Shown here: positions 39,800-48,502 of the stretch, in pieces | Numbering within the stretch: the stretch's first letter is position 1 | Layout: the number at the start of each line of letters is the position of its first letter | Source: a virus | Taxonomy: Duplodnaviria > Caudoviricetes | Length of the DNA: 64,000 nt | Reading direction: 5' to 3' (one strand) | Virus record (IMG/VR): IMGVR_UViG_3300046820_001270 | Location: 224,001-288,000 of that record | Made by a program: the position numbers and the translations under genes | Notes under the pieces: model-generated | What the model was told of the DNA's origin: nothing | Database searches by the model: none | Seen by the model: the letters and a program-made list of their open reading frames with translations, nothing else

Positions 39800-40312
39800 A
39801 TGAACAATAAACTACCAATTACTCGTTTAGGTAAATTCTTCTCTCAGGACGACTTTGATATCAATATCCAGATGGGTCAGGAGTATCTACACGGGGATTT
39901 GAATATGAAATTGGTCTTATATCGTGTTGATAGACAAAAGACCGATAATGACGACGTATACGCTGAGGCGGGTATGGACGAAATTAAGTTTTTTCCACCG
40001 GTTGAGTTTAATGCGTTGGTTAAGATTGAAGAACCTAAAAATTCTACTTACACCAAAGGTCTTATGAGATATAACGAACCAGGTAATTTAACATTATCAG
40101 TTTATATCACACATTTACAAGAATTAGGAGTTGATATTAGATACGGTGATTATATTGGTTATGCAGATTCGGAAGAAAAATTAAGATATTACACGGTAAC
40201 AAATGATGGTAGAGTAACGTCAGATAATAAACATAAAATGTTTGGGTACAAACCACACTACAGAACTGTAGTTTGTGCTCCAACACAGGAAGGAGAATTT
40301 AGAGGAGTTTAA
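39800..40312 (+). CDS. Head closure/neck protein (gp14-like)
   Basis: Position before tail terminator and sheath; L.ELGVDIRYGDYI pattern; late motif 5 nt upstream. Confidence 0.6.
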   Translation: MNNKLPITRLGKFFSQDDFDINIQMGQEYLHGDLNMKLVLYRVDRQKTDNDDVYAEAGMDEIKFFPPVEFNALVKIEEPKNSTYTKGLMRYNEPGNLTLSVYITHLQELGVDIRYGDYIGYADSEEKLRYYTVTNDGRVTSDNKHKMFGYKPHYRTVVCAPTQEGEFRGV

Positions 40313-40313
40313 T

Positions 40314-41573
40314 ATGGGAATACCTAAAAGAAAAAACATGATTGATGTTTACGGTAGTAAGAATACTTACGAGGGTGAACATATAGGAAAAAGAAGACAA
40401 GAGTTATTGGATAGAATAACTAAGTCAGATTCTTTTTTACCTGATTCCATTTTACATGATGATTTGGACAGAGGTATGTTAGATTATGTTAAAAACACTT
40501 TTAAAGTTGTTTCTGACGGAACACAAATACCTGTTATTGATAAAATATTAACAATCCAAAGATGGGGTGAGTTTACCGCAAATTGGGAATTTTCAGATGG
40601 AGATGGAAATGTTAAATTACCTTTCATTGCAATTATTAGAAAACCCGACGCTCAATTTGGAACTAATCCATCAATTCAGAGAACTATTCCTGACAGACAT
40701 CAATTCCATTATGCGACAGTTCCAACTTGGGACGGTACATCTGTAGGTGCGGACATTTACAAAATACCACAACCAATACCGTGTGATATAACATATGATA
40801 TTACAATTGTTTGTAATAAGTTTAGAGATTTAAATAAGTTTAATAAGATTGTTTTACAGAATTTCTCATCTAGACAAGACTACACACAAGTTAAAGGACA
40901 TTATATACCAATCGTTTTAGACACAATTGAAGACAACACACCAATGGAAACTTTGGACGGTCGTAGATTTTATATTCAAAATTATAAATGTACGATGTTG
41001 GGATTTTTAATCGATAGTGATGAATTTGAGGTGAAACCAGCTATTAGTCGTTCTTTCATTGTTAATGAATCTTTAGGTGGAGCTACATTCAAGAAAAAGT
41101 ATATTAGTAAATCTATTGATATAGTTATATCGACAATTATTGCAGGGGATAATCAAACAACCTTTACGGTCGGTGAAAGTATTACAGTTTTATTTAATGT
41201 TGCGATAAACGGTATTGTACAAGAAAAAAATGTTCATTATAGACATTTAGGCGGAACATCTAATATAATATTTGATTTAGCTGGAACACCTGAACAAGGA
41301 GATATAATAACAGTTAGTTATTATAAAGGTAAGAATAATAAAATGTATGATCAATTCGGTCATGAATTAACGGTAGGTAGAGAAAGTTTTACCTTTAATG
41401 GTGTTAGTTTATCATTTGACCTTGACGAAAAGATAAGTTCAATTATTAGTATCACAACTAACGGATTGGTGGAGTACAATGACGAAGGGTACCAACTAAC
41501 AGGTAATAATCAAATTACTTTAACAAGTGCACCCGTAAACGGATCTAAAATAGATTTTGTTTATCTATATTAA
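40314..41573 (+). CDS. Tail terminator/sheath stabiliser (gp15-like) with two C-terminal beta repeats
   Basis: LPFIAIIR, DITYDITI and Q.YT.VKGHYIP patterns; start set at ATG 40314 after the previous stop. Confidence 0.6.
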   Translation: MGIPKRKNMIDVYGSKNTYEGEHIGKRRQELLDRITKSDSFLPDSILHDDLDRGMLDYVKNTFKVVSDGTQIPVIDKILTIQRWGEFTANWEFSDGDGNVKLPFIAIIRKPDAQFGTNPSIQRTIPDRHQFHYATVPTWDGTSVGADIYKIPQPIPCDITYDITIVCNKFRDLNKFNKIVLQNFSSRQDYTQVKGHYIPIVLDTIEDNTPMETLDGRRFYIQNYKCTMLGFLIDSDEFEVKPAISRSFIVNESLGGATFKKKYISKSIDIVISTIIAGDNQTTFTVGESITVLFNVAINGIVQEKNVHYRHLGGTSNIIFDLAGTPEQGDIITVSYYKGKNNKMYDQFGHELTVGRESFTFNGVSLSFDLDEKISSIISITTNGLVEYNDEGYQLTGNNQITLTSAPVNGSKIDFVYLY

Positions 41574-41728
41574 TCGTCCCCGTATATGTCCTTCTTTTTA
41601 GGTTTACAAAGTTCTTCTATATGTTTTTCTAAAACTTTATAGATTTTTAAACCATTCTTATCACAATAATTTTTTAACATTTCGTGATGTTTCTCACTTA
41701 TTTTAACATTTTTTTGAGTGTTTTCCAT
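41570..41728 (-). CDS. Ribbon-helix-helix DNA-binding protein, 52 aa, absent from the ORF track
   Basis: MENTQKNVKISEKHHEMLKNYCDKNGLKIYKVLEKHIEEL...: beta strand then two helices with the conserved turn Gly. Confidence 0.75.
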   Translation of the reverse strand: MENTQKNVKISEKHHEMLKNYCDKNGLKIYKVLEKHIEELCKPKKKDIYGDD

Positions 41729-41843
41729 ATAAAAGATATTAAAAGATAAATAACTATCTTTTTAATAAAAGTTGGGAAATCTTTGATAAAAACAAAGATA
41801 TTTATAAGATAAGTAATAAAATTAATTAACCAAACAAAAATCA

Positions 41844-44753
41844 ATGGCAAGTAATAACAGAGTTTTCGTGTCTCCAGGTGTCTACACATCTGAACTCGAT
41901 TTAACATTTGTAGCACAGAGTGTAGGTGTTACAACATTAGGTTTAGCGGGTGAGACTTTAAAAGGTCCAGCTTTCGAACCTATTTTAATTTCTAATTTTG
42001 ACGACTTTAAATTGTATTTTGGTTCAACATCTCCTGAAAAATTTGGTGATGGTAATCCAAAATATGAATTAGGTTACGTAGCAAAATCGTATTTACAAGA
42101 ATCAAATCAATTGTTCGTAACAAGAGTATTAGGTCTTACAGGATATAAACCATATAAAACATTCGGTATAAAAACTATCGGTGGTGTTATTTTACAAGAA
42201 TATGTTAGTGGTTTTACCTTTGAGGTTAATACAGTGTCAAGTACTACTTTTGACAATACACCTCAAGTTTATGAAAAATTATTTGATAAACCGGCGTATG
42301 ATGGTAAAACAATTACCGAATATATTATTTCAAATTTTAGTGGTTTTACAAGTGCTGATGCCGGTAAATGGTTTGTTTTAGGTAAAATACCTGATGGAGA
42401 ATCATTACCAAGTGCCTCAAAAGAATTAGTTTCTCCATTAACTGGAAAATATAATTCTGAAAATTATAACACTAAAGAATGGTATAATACATTGTTTAAT
42501 TTATCAACACCAGGAGATACAACAACAGTAGATTCCGTTTATTCTTTTATATTTGAATTTATAAGTGAAAGTGGTTCTACTAGATTTGACGTTACAAGAT
42601 ATGAATATGATGCACAATTAGCCGAAGACTATCATAATGTGGTGGTTGCAGCTATTAGACCAAGAGGTGTTTATAGTGGTCAAACGTTAATTCATGAAGT
42701 TACTGGTAATACAAGTTTCACATTAACTGAAGTTTCAGGTAGTAATTTAAATTTCAATCCATTAGGTGAATTTACAATTAATGTAACAGGTTTCACAGAC
42801 GGAGCAAAAGAATTTACATGTACATTTGATACAACATCTTCAAAATATATTTCTAAAGTATTAGGAACAGAACCATTTGATAAAGATCGTGGTAATTATC
42901 CTGTTTATGTTCACGAAACATACCCTAATTACTTAATGGCAGCATATCAAAGAGGTTTAATTAGAGGTATCTCTATGGAAGCTTCTTATGAATTAGAAGG
43001 TAATAACTTCTTAGATTCTTGGGATACCACAATTTCACCAATGGTTGTATCTGAGGTTCGTGGTGGTAACGTTGCGGATTTATTCCAAGTTATCACAATA
43101 TCTGATGGAGAAGCTGCAAACTTCCAAGTTAAAGTTAATATTCAAAATATTAATTTAGAAACAATGGAATTTGATTTAGTAGTTCGTGATTTTAACGATA
43201 CTGATGATAATCAAGTTGCTTTAGAGAAATATTCAAGATGTTCAATGAATCCTGATATGCCAGGTTATGTGGCTAAGAAGATTGGTACATCTGATGGTGA
43301 ATATGCGTTAGTATCTAAGAGAATTATGTTAATGATGGCGGACGGTGCACCTGTAGATGCTGTACCTGCAGGATTTAAAGGTTTTGCGAATAACGAAGCT
43401 TTTGGATCTGATAACGATACTTTTGGTAATATTATCTACAAAACAAGATATAACGACGCGGGTGACGTTGAAACATATGACGTATCAGGTGCTCCGAATA
43501 TTGAATCAGGAGATAAAGTAAGAAAAGTAATGTTAGGTTTATCAAGTACATCTGGATTTGACCAAGATTTATTGAAATTTAAAGGTGCAAGTGGTACAAC
43601 TGAAACATTTGGTTTTCACTTGTCAACAAATGCTTCAACAATCCTTGATACAAACGGAAAACAAATTTTCCAAACTACATCATACGATTTAGAAGGTCAA
43701 ACAGAAGAAGACACAAACAAATTAACAAATATTAACTATCGTAAGTTCTCATTCGCAGTTTACGGTGGTAGAGACGGTTGGGATATCTATAGAACAACAA
43801 GAACAAATACAGACGCTTATATCTTTGGTAAAACAATCTATAAGTCAGGTCATACAGTAAACGGTGGTGTGTTTAGTTCAAATGTAGGTAATTCTGATTA
43901 TTATGCTTACTTACAGGCTATCAAAACATATGAAAACCCTGAGGCAATTGATATTAACGTATTTGCGACCCCTGGTATTAACTTCCAAGAACATAGTTCA
44001 TTAGTTAACCAAGCAATTGACATGATCGAATCTGATAGAGCGGATTCATTATATATTATGAACTCACCTAATATCACAGGTGCTACCGCAACTGATGAAA
44101 TAGTGTCTTCTTTAGATAATGCTTCAATAGATTCTAACTACTCAGCAACATATTGGCCTTGGATCCAAGTAAGAGATACAGATAACGCAACTCAATTATA
44201 TATCCCACCAACAGGTGAGGTAGTTAAGAACATTGCCTTAACTGACAATGTGTCTTATCCTTGGTTCGCAGTTGCGGGTTATAGTAGAGGTTTAGTAAAT
44301 GCGATTAAAGCGACTAAGAAATTGACTTTAGACGATAGAGATGTATTATATAAGAACAGAATTAACCCAATTGCAACATTCTCTGATACAGGTACCATTA
44401 TTTGGGGTAATAAAACATTACAAGTTAGAGAATCGGCTTTAGATAGAATCAACGTAAGAAGATTGTTATTAAGAGCAAGAAAGTTAATTTCGGCAGTTTC
44501 TGTGAGATTATTGTTTGAACAAAACGACGAACAAGTAAGAAACGAATTCTTAAGATTGGTAAATCCTATCTTGGATGCAATTAAGAAAGAAAGAGGTTTA
44601 TACGATTTCCGTGTAACAGTATCTAACGATCCTGAGGATATTGACGCAAACACAATGAGAGGTAAGATCTACATCAAACCAACTCGTTCTCTTGAATTCA
44701 TTGACGTAGAGTTCGTGATTACTCCAACAGGAGCTTCATTTGAAAATATCTAA
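41844..44753 (+). CDS. gp18: Tail sheath protein (gp18-like)
   Basis: FVSPGVY.SELDL, YWPW, PWFAVAG..RG, LYKNRINPI, WGNKTLQ...LDRINVRRLL and IYIKPTRSLEFI. Confidence 0.95.
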   Translation: MASNNRVFVSPGVYTSELDLTFVAQSVGVTTLGLAGETLKGPAFEPILISNFDDFKLYFGSTSPEKFGDGNPKYELGYVAKSYLQESNQLFVTRVLGLTGYKPYKTFGIKTIGGVILQEYVSGFTFEVNTVSSTTFDNTPQVYEKLFDKPAYDGKTITEYIISNFSGFTSADAGKWFVLGKIPDGESLPSASKELVSPLTGKYNSENYNTKEWYNTLFNLSTPGDTTTVDSVYSFIFEFISESGSTRFDVTRYEYDAQLAEDYHNVVVAAIRPRGVYSGQTLIHEVTGNTSFTLTEVSGSNLNFNPLGEFTINVTGFTDGAKEFTCTFDTTSSKYISKVLGTEPFDKDRGNYPVYVHETYPNYLMAAYQRGLIRGISMEASYELEGNNFLDSWDTTISPMVVSEVRGGNVADLFQVITISDGEAANFQVKVNIQNINLETMEFDLVVRDFNDTDDNQVALEKYSRCSMNPDMPGYVAKKIGTSDGEYALVSKRIMLMMADGAPVDAVPAGFKGFANNEAFGSDNDTFGNIIYKTRYNDAGDVETYDVSGAPNIESGDKVRKVMLGLSSTSGFDQDLLKFKGASGTTETFGFHLSTNASTILDTNGKQIFQTTSYDLEGQTEEDTNKLTNINYRKFSFAVYGGRDGWDIYRTTRTNTDAYIFGKTIYKSGHTVNGGVFSSNVGNSDYYAYLQAIKTYENPEAIDINVFATPGINFQEHSSLVNQAIDMIESDRADSLYIMNSPNITGATATDEIVSSLDNASIDSNYSATYWPWIQVRDTDNATQLYIPPTGEVVKNIALTDNVSYPWFAVAGYSRGLVNAIKATKKLTLDDRDVLYKNRINPIATFSDTGTIIWGNKTLQVRESALDRINVRRLLLRARKLISAVSVRLLFEQNDEQVRNEFLRLVNPILDAIKKERGLYDFRVTVSNDPEDIDANTMRGKIYIKPTRSLEFIDVEFVITPTGASFENI

Positions 44754-44777
44754 TCTAAAAGGAGATATAAAAAGAAG

Positions 44778-44806
44778 AAGGGTATCAGAAATGGTACCCT
44801 TTTTTT
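44778..44806 (+). terminator. Intrinsic terminator after sheath
   Basis: AAGGGTATCA-GAAA-TGGTACCCTT plus T tract. Confidence 0.85.
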
Positions 44807-44814
44807 ATGTGGAA

Positions 44815-44830
44815 TGCTCCACGTGGAACG
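44815..44830. promoter_or_regulatory. parS-like palindrome
   Basis: TGCTCCACGTGGAACG matches TGTTCCACGTGGAACA at 14 of 16 positions. Confidence 0.45.
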
Positions 44831-44861
44831 TTTTATATAAAGAAAAAATAATTATACTTTA

Positions 44862-44949
44862 CCCAGAATACTAGAACTAGATATTCTAGTATTTATTAAG
44901 TATATATTATTTATTAAAGTAGAGTATTAAACTGGAACTATATACTGGG
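44862..44949. repeat. Nested inverted and direct repeats in an AT-rich intergenic region
   Basis: AATACTAGAA-N7-TTCTAGTATT (44867-44893); TATTTATTAA twice (44890, 44908); CCCAGAATA/TATACTGGG outer arms match 8 of 9. Confidence 0.7.
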
Positions 44950-45082
44950 GCCTGTAAAAAACTACGAAAAATAATTGACATAAACAACCTTTTTGAGATA
45001 ATTAATTCAAAATAAAATTATTTTCCTTTTGGATATATTTATTAGAAAGTAAATAACTAACAAAATTTAACAAACACACAAT

Positions 45083-45571
45083 ATGGCCGATTTATTAATG
45101 AAAATGCCGACACCTTACGAACCAAAAAGGGTCAACCGATTTATCGTAAGATTTAACTCATCTTTGGGTATAAACGAATGGTACATATCTGCAGCTTCTA
45201 GACCAAGTGCTAAAATCAACTCAGTTGCAATTCCTTTCTTGAACACTTCAACATATGTTGCAGGTAGATTTGAATGGAACGAAATTAAAGTGACTTTTAG
45301 AGATCCAATTGGTCCTTCAGCATCACAAGCACTTATGGAATGGTTCCGTTTACATGCTGAATCAGTTACAGGTCGTATGGGATATGCTGCAGGTTATAAG
45401 AAAGATGTAGAATTGGAGATGTTAGATCCGACAGGAGTTGTGGTTGAAAAATGGTTATTAGAAAACTGTTTCTTAACTGACTTAAACTTTGGTGAATTAG
45501 ATTACAACAGAGATGAATTAGCTAATATCACATGTTCTTTGAGAATGGATAGATGTATTTTGATATACTAA
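45083..45571 (+). CDS. gp19: Tail tube protein (gp19-like)
   Basis: EPKRVNRF, RPS, YVAGRFEW...TFRD, YKKD..L..LDP.G.VVEKW; follows sheath. Confidence 0.9.
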   Translation: MADLLMKMPTPYEPKRVNRFIVRFNSSLGINEWYISAASRPSAKINSVAIPFLNTSTYVAGRFEWNEIKVTFRDPIGPSASQALMEWFRLHAESVTGRMGYAAGYKKDVELEMLDPTGVVVEKWLLENCFLTDLNFGELDYNRDELANITCSLRMDRCILIY

Positions 45572-45592
45572 TATTACAATTTTTCATATACG

Positions 45593-45630
45593 AAAACTGA
45601 TAGTTCAAAAGATTATCGGTTTTTCTTTTT
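45593..45630 (+). terminator. Intrinsic terminator after tube
   Basis: AAAACTGATAGT-N7-ATTATCGGTTTT with G-U pairs plus T tract. Confidence 0.7.
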
Positions 45631-45674
45631 TAAAAACTTTACTTTAGACTAGTTATTAAGTAAATTATAGTATT

Positions 45675-46424
45675 ATGGAAGAAATGAGAATAGACCCAAC
45701 AATTGCGTATGATGTGGTAGAATTACCTAGTAGAGGTATTCATTATACAAACAAAAAAAAATCAGTAAGAGTGGCTTATTTAACAGCTTCAGATGAGAAT
45801 ATACTTTCATCTCCTAGTTTTTTAAATACAAATACTGTAATTCCTGAACTTTTAAGAAGAAAAATATTGGATAAAGATTTTTCTATTGAGGAACTTGTTG
45901 AAGAAGACAAACAGGCAATTTTAATATTTTTAAGAAACACATCTTTTGGATCTGAATATATGGTAACAACATATGATCCAAAAACAGATAAAGAATTTGA
46001 AGTAAAAGTTAATTTAGAAAGTTTAAAACTAAAAGATTTTAATTTAAATGAAGATTCTAATGGTGAGTATTCATATTATTTAGATAAAAGTAAAGTTGAT
46101 GTTACATTTAAATTTTTAACCAAAAAACAAGAAGATGAAATTGAAAAAATAAAAGAAAGTTGGAATGGTAATGGTGTGGCTCCTGTTATAACAAAACAAC
46201 TTGAAATGATGATAAAATCATTTGGTGGTGTAAGAGACGCTTTAAAAATTAGAAGTTTTATTGAATTAATGCCAATTAAAGATTCCCAAGATTTTAGAAA
46301 ATTTATACAAGATAATAAACCAGGGTTAGATTTAACCCAACAAGTAACAACCCCATCAGGAGATACAATCCAAGTTAATATTGGGTTTGGGGTAGAATTT
46401 TTTCGTCCTTTCTACGGATTATAA
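45675..46424 (+). CDS. Tail assembly chaperone or baseplate hub assembly protein
   Basis: VELPSRG..Y...V.YLTA.DE.IL pattern; between tube and tape measure; ends ...GVEFFRP. Confidence 0.75.
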   Translation: MEEMRIDPTIAYDVVELPSRGIHYTNKKKSVRVAYLTASDENILSSPSFLNTNTVIPELLRRKILDKDFSIEELVEEDKQAILIFLRNTSFGSEYMVTTYDPKTDKEFEVKVNLESLKLKDFNLNEDSNGEYSYYLDKSKVDVTFKFLTKKQEDEIEKIKESWNGNGVAPVITKQLEMMIKSFGGVRDALKIRSFIELMPIKDSQDFRKFIQDNKPGLDLTQQVTTPSGDTIQVNIGFGVEFFRPFYGL

Positions 46425-46554
46425 AAAAATACAATTAGATGAAATACTCTTTTTAGTTAAAAGAGGGTTTAGTTATGGTGATATCCTTACTATGCCAGTT
46501 TATTTACGAAGATATTATGTAGGGTATCTAATTGAATTAGAAAATGGTACATAG
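46396..46554 (+). CDS. Unannotated +1-frame extension of the chaperone, reached by probable frameshift
   Basis: Frame open from after TAG 46393-46395 to TAG 46552-46554: NFFVLSTDYKKIQLDEILFLVKRGFSYGDILTMPVYLRRYYVGYLIELENGT; only ATG is 20 codons from the end. Confidence 0.7.
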   Translation, partial: NFFVLSTDYKKIQLDEILFLVKRGFSYGDILTMPVYLRRYYVGYLIELENGT

Positions 46555-46568
46555 TTGTATTTATAGGT

Positions 46569-48452
46569 ATGCCTAATTATTCAAAAATTTTAAAAGAATC
46601 AAGAAACGCTCAAGAAGCCATTGATAAATGGAAAAGTCAAAACAATAGAGTAATTGACGGAGCAACTGAAGCGTCTTTTAGAAATGAACCGGCATCATCA
46701 TTTAAAGGAGGTAGTACTATGAGTAGTGGTGATGAAGAAGTATCGGGTACAATATCTAGTCCGTATGATGTTTTAAAAGCAGGTAGAGGTAGATCGACCA
46801 TATCTGAAATGAGTGGTCAATATAAAGTAAAAACAGATGACTTAGGTGGATTTAATGTTGAAATAGAAATATTAAAACAACTTAAAAGAGAATCTGATTT
46901 ACATACTGAGATTAATGAAAAAATGGGTATTACTGGAGAATTGTCCAGAGTATTCAGAGATACCTTATTAGATACGGTACCCAAGGCTGCATCACTTAAC
47001 TATGATATGGGGAATATCGCAGAAATGGTAACCCAATTATCGGCAAATACAGGTAAATTTAATTTAATCGCGGAAAGAACATTAGAACGTTCATTTGAAA
47101 CTGCTAGAGCATTCGGTTTAACATTACCTCAACTTGCGGATGCGATGAGTGAATTTGAAAAAGTTGGTTATGGTGCCTCAGATACACTTAAAAAAATTAA
47201 TAAAGCGGGAATTGATACACTTAGTCTTGGTTTAAATTCAAAAAAACTTACACAAGAATTAAAAGATAATATTGGTAAATTAAATGAATATGGATTCGCA
47301 AATGGAGTTGCTGGTTTAAATAGAATGGTACAAAAGGCAACAGAATTTAGAATGAATATAGCCGAATCATTCAAATTGGCGGATAAAGTAATGAATCCCG
47401 AAAGTGCAATTGAATTGACTGCAAATATGCAAATGTTAGGTGGTGCAATTGGTGACCTTAATGATCCACTTAAATTAATGTATATGGCAACTAATAATGT
47501 TGAAGGTTTACAAGACGCATTACATGGGGCGGCCGCTGGTTTAGCAACATACAATAAAGAACAAGGAAAATTTGAAATAGTAGGTGCTAATCTAAGAAGA
47601 GCAAAAGAAATGGCATCTCAATTAGGTATATCATACCAAGAATTTGCGAAAGGTGCGGTCGCGGCAAACGAAAGAATTGCTGCAGGTGAAGCGTTAGCCT
47701 CCAAAGGATTTAATATTAAAGATGACGAAAAAGAATTCTTAACCAACTTAGCACAAATGAAAGATGGTGAAATGCAAATCGTTATCCCAAAATCATTAGA
47801 AGATAGTTTAGGAAAAGAATTAGGAGGAGAAAAAGAAATTAAACTAAGTCAATTAACTAAAGATCAAATAGATAAGTTAGTACAATATCAAGAACAGTTA
47901 GAGAACAAAACCGCAGAAGAATTGGCTAGAGATATGTTCAATTCATCAAAGAACATAGAATTATATACACAACAAACGACATTAGCATTAACAAAATATG
48001 GTAAAGATATAACTTTAGGTAAAAATGAAAGACCTGACGGTCCTTTAGAGAGTTTATCTAGATTACAAGCTAAAGGAGGTAAACTTAAGGCGGATTTAAT
48101 ATCGAATAATCCTGAATTTTTAAAAAATCTTTTTGAAGAAACTTTTGGACAGGCTTTTCAAGGGACAAATGGTTTAATAAATGCGGTTAAAATGGGATTT
48201 AGTGGACTTACAATTGCGGGAGAATCTCTAGTTCAAAAATTAGAACAGTATATAAAAAATACTCCTAACGAGAAATATGATAAAAAGGTGAAAGAAGAAG
48301 AGAAATGGAATGAAAGTTCTAAAGTTAAAGATCGAAGAGTTACATTTAATAATAATCTTAAAATCACACATGTAGGATTAGGAGACGGTACGATAAGTGA
48401 TATCACCAAAACAGAAAAAGGGTATTTAACCGGTTATGATGATTGGGGATAA
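46569..48452 (+). CDS. Tape measure protein
   Basis: Helical, Ala/Gly/Met-rich, follows tube and chaperone; 627 aa. Confidence 0.7.
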   Translation: MPNYSKILKESRNAQEAIDKWKSQNNRVIDGATEASFRNEPASSFKGGSTMSSGDEEVSGTISSPYDVLKAGRGRSTISEMSGQYKVKTDDLGGFNVEIEILKQLKRESDLHTEINEKMGITGELSRVFRDTLLDTVPKAASLNYDMGNIAEMVTQLSANTGKFNLIAERTLERSFETARAFGLTLPQLADAMSEFEKVGYGASDTLKKINKAGIDTLSLGLNSKKLTQELKDNIGKLNEYGFANGVAGLNRMVQKATEFRMNIAESFKLADKVMNPESAIELTANMQMLGGAIGDLNDPLKLMYMATNNVEGLQDALHGAAAGLATYNKEQGKFEIVGANLRRAKEMASQLGISYQEFAKGAVAANERIAAGEALASKGFNIKDDEKEFLTNLAQMKDGEMQIVIPKSLEDSLGKELGGEKEIKLSQLTKDQIDKLVQYQEQLENKTAEELARDMFNSSKNIELYTQQTTLALTKYGKDITLGKNERPDGPLESLSRLQAKGGKLKADLISNNPEFLKNLFEETFGQAFQGTNGLINAVKMGFSGLTIAGESLVQKLEQYIKNTPNEKYDKKVKEEEKWNESSKVKDRRVTFNNNLKITHVGLGDGTISDITKTEKGYLTGYDDWG

Positions 48453-48502
48453 TATTACAATAAAAAAACCATATATTACCTATTTATAGTTAAAAGAATA
48501 TA

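Noticed and set aside
44753-45082. tRNA or protein gene in the long intergenic gap
   Set aside because: No cloverleaf or T-loop motif; only ORFs of 14-24 codons without support
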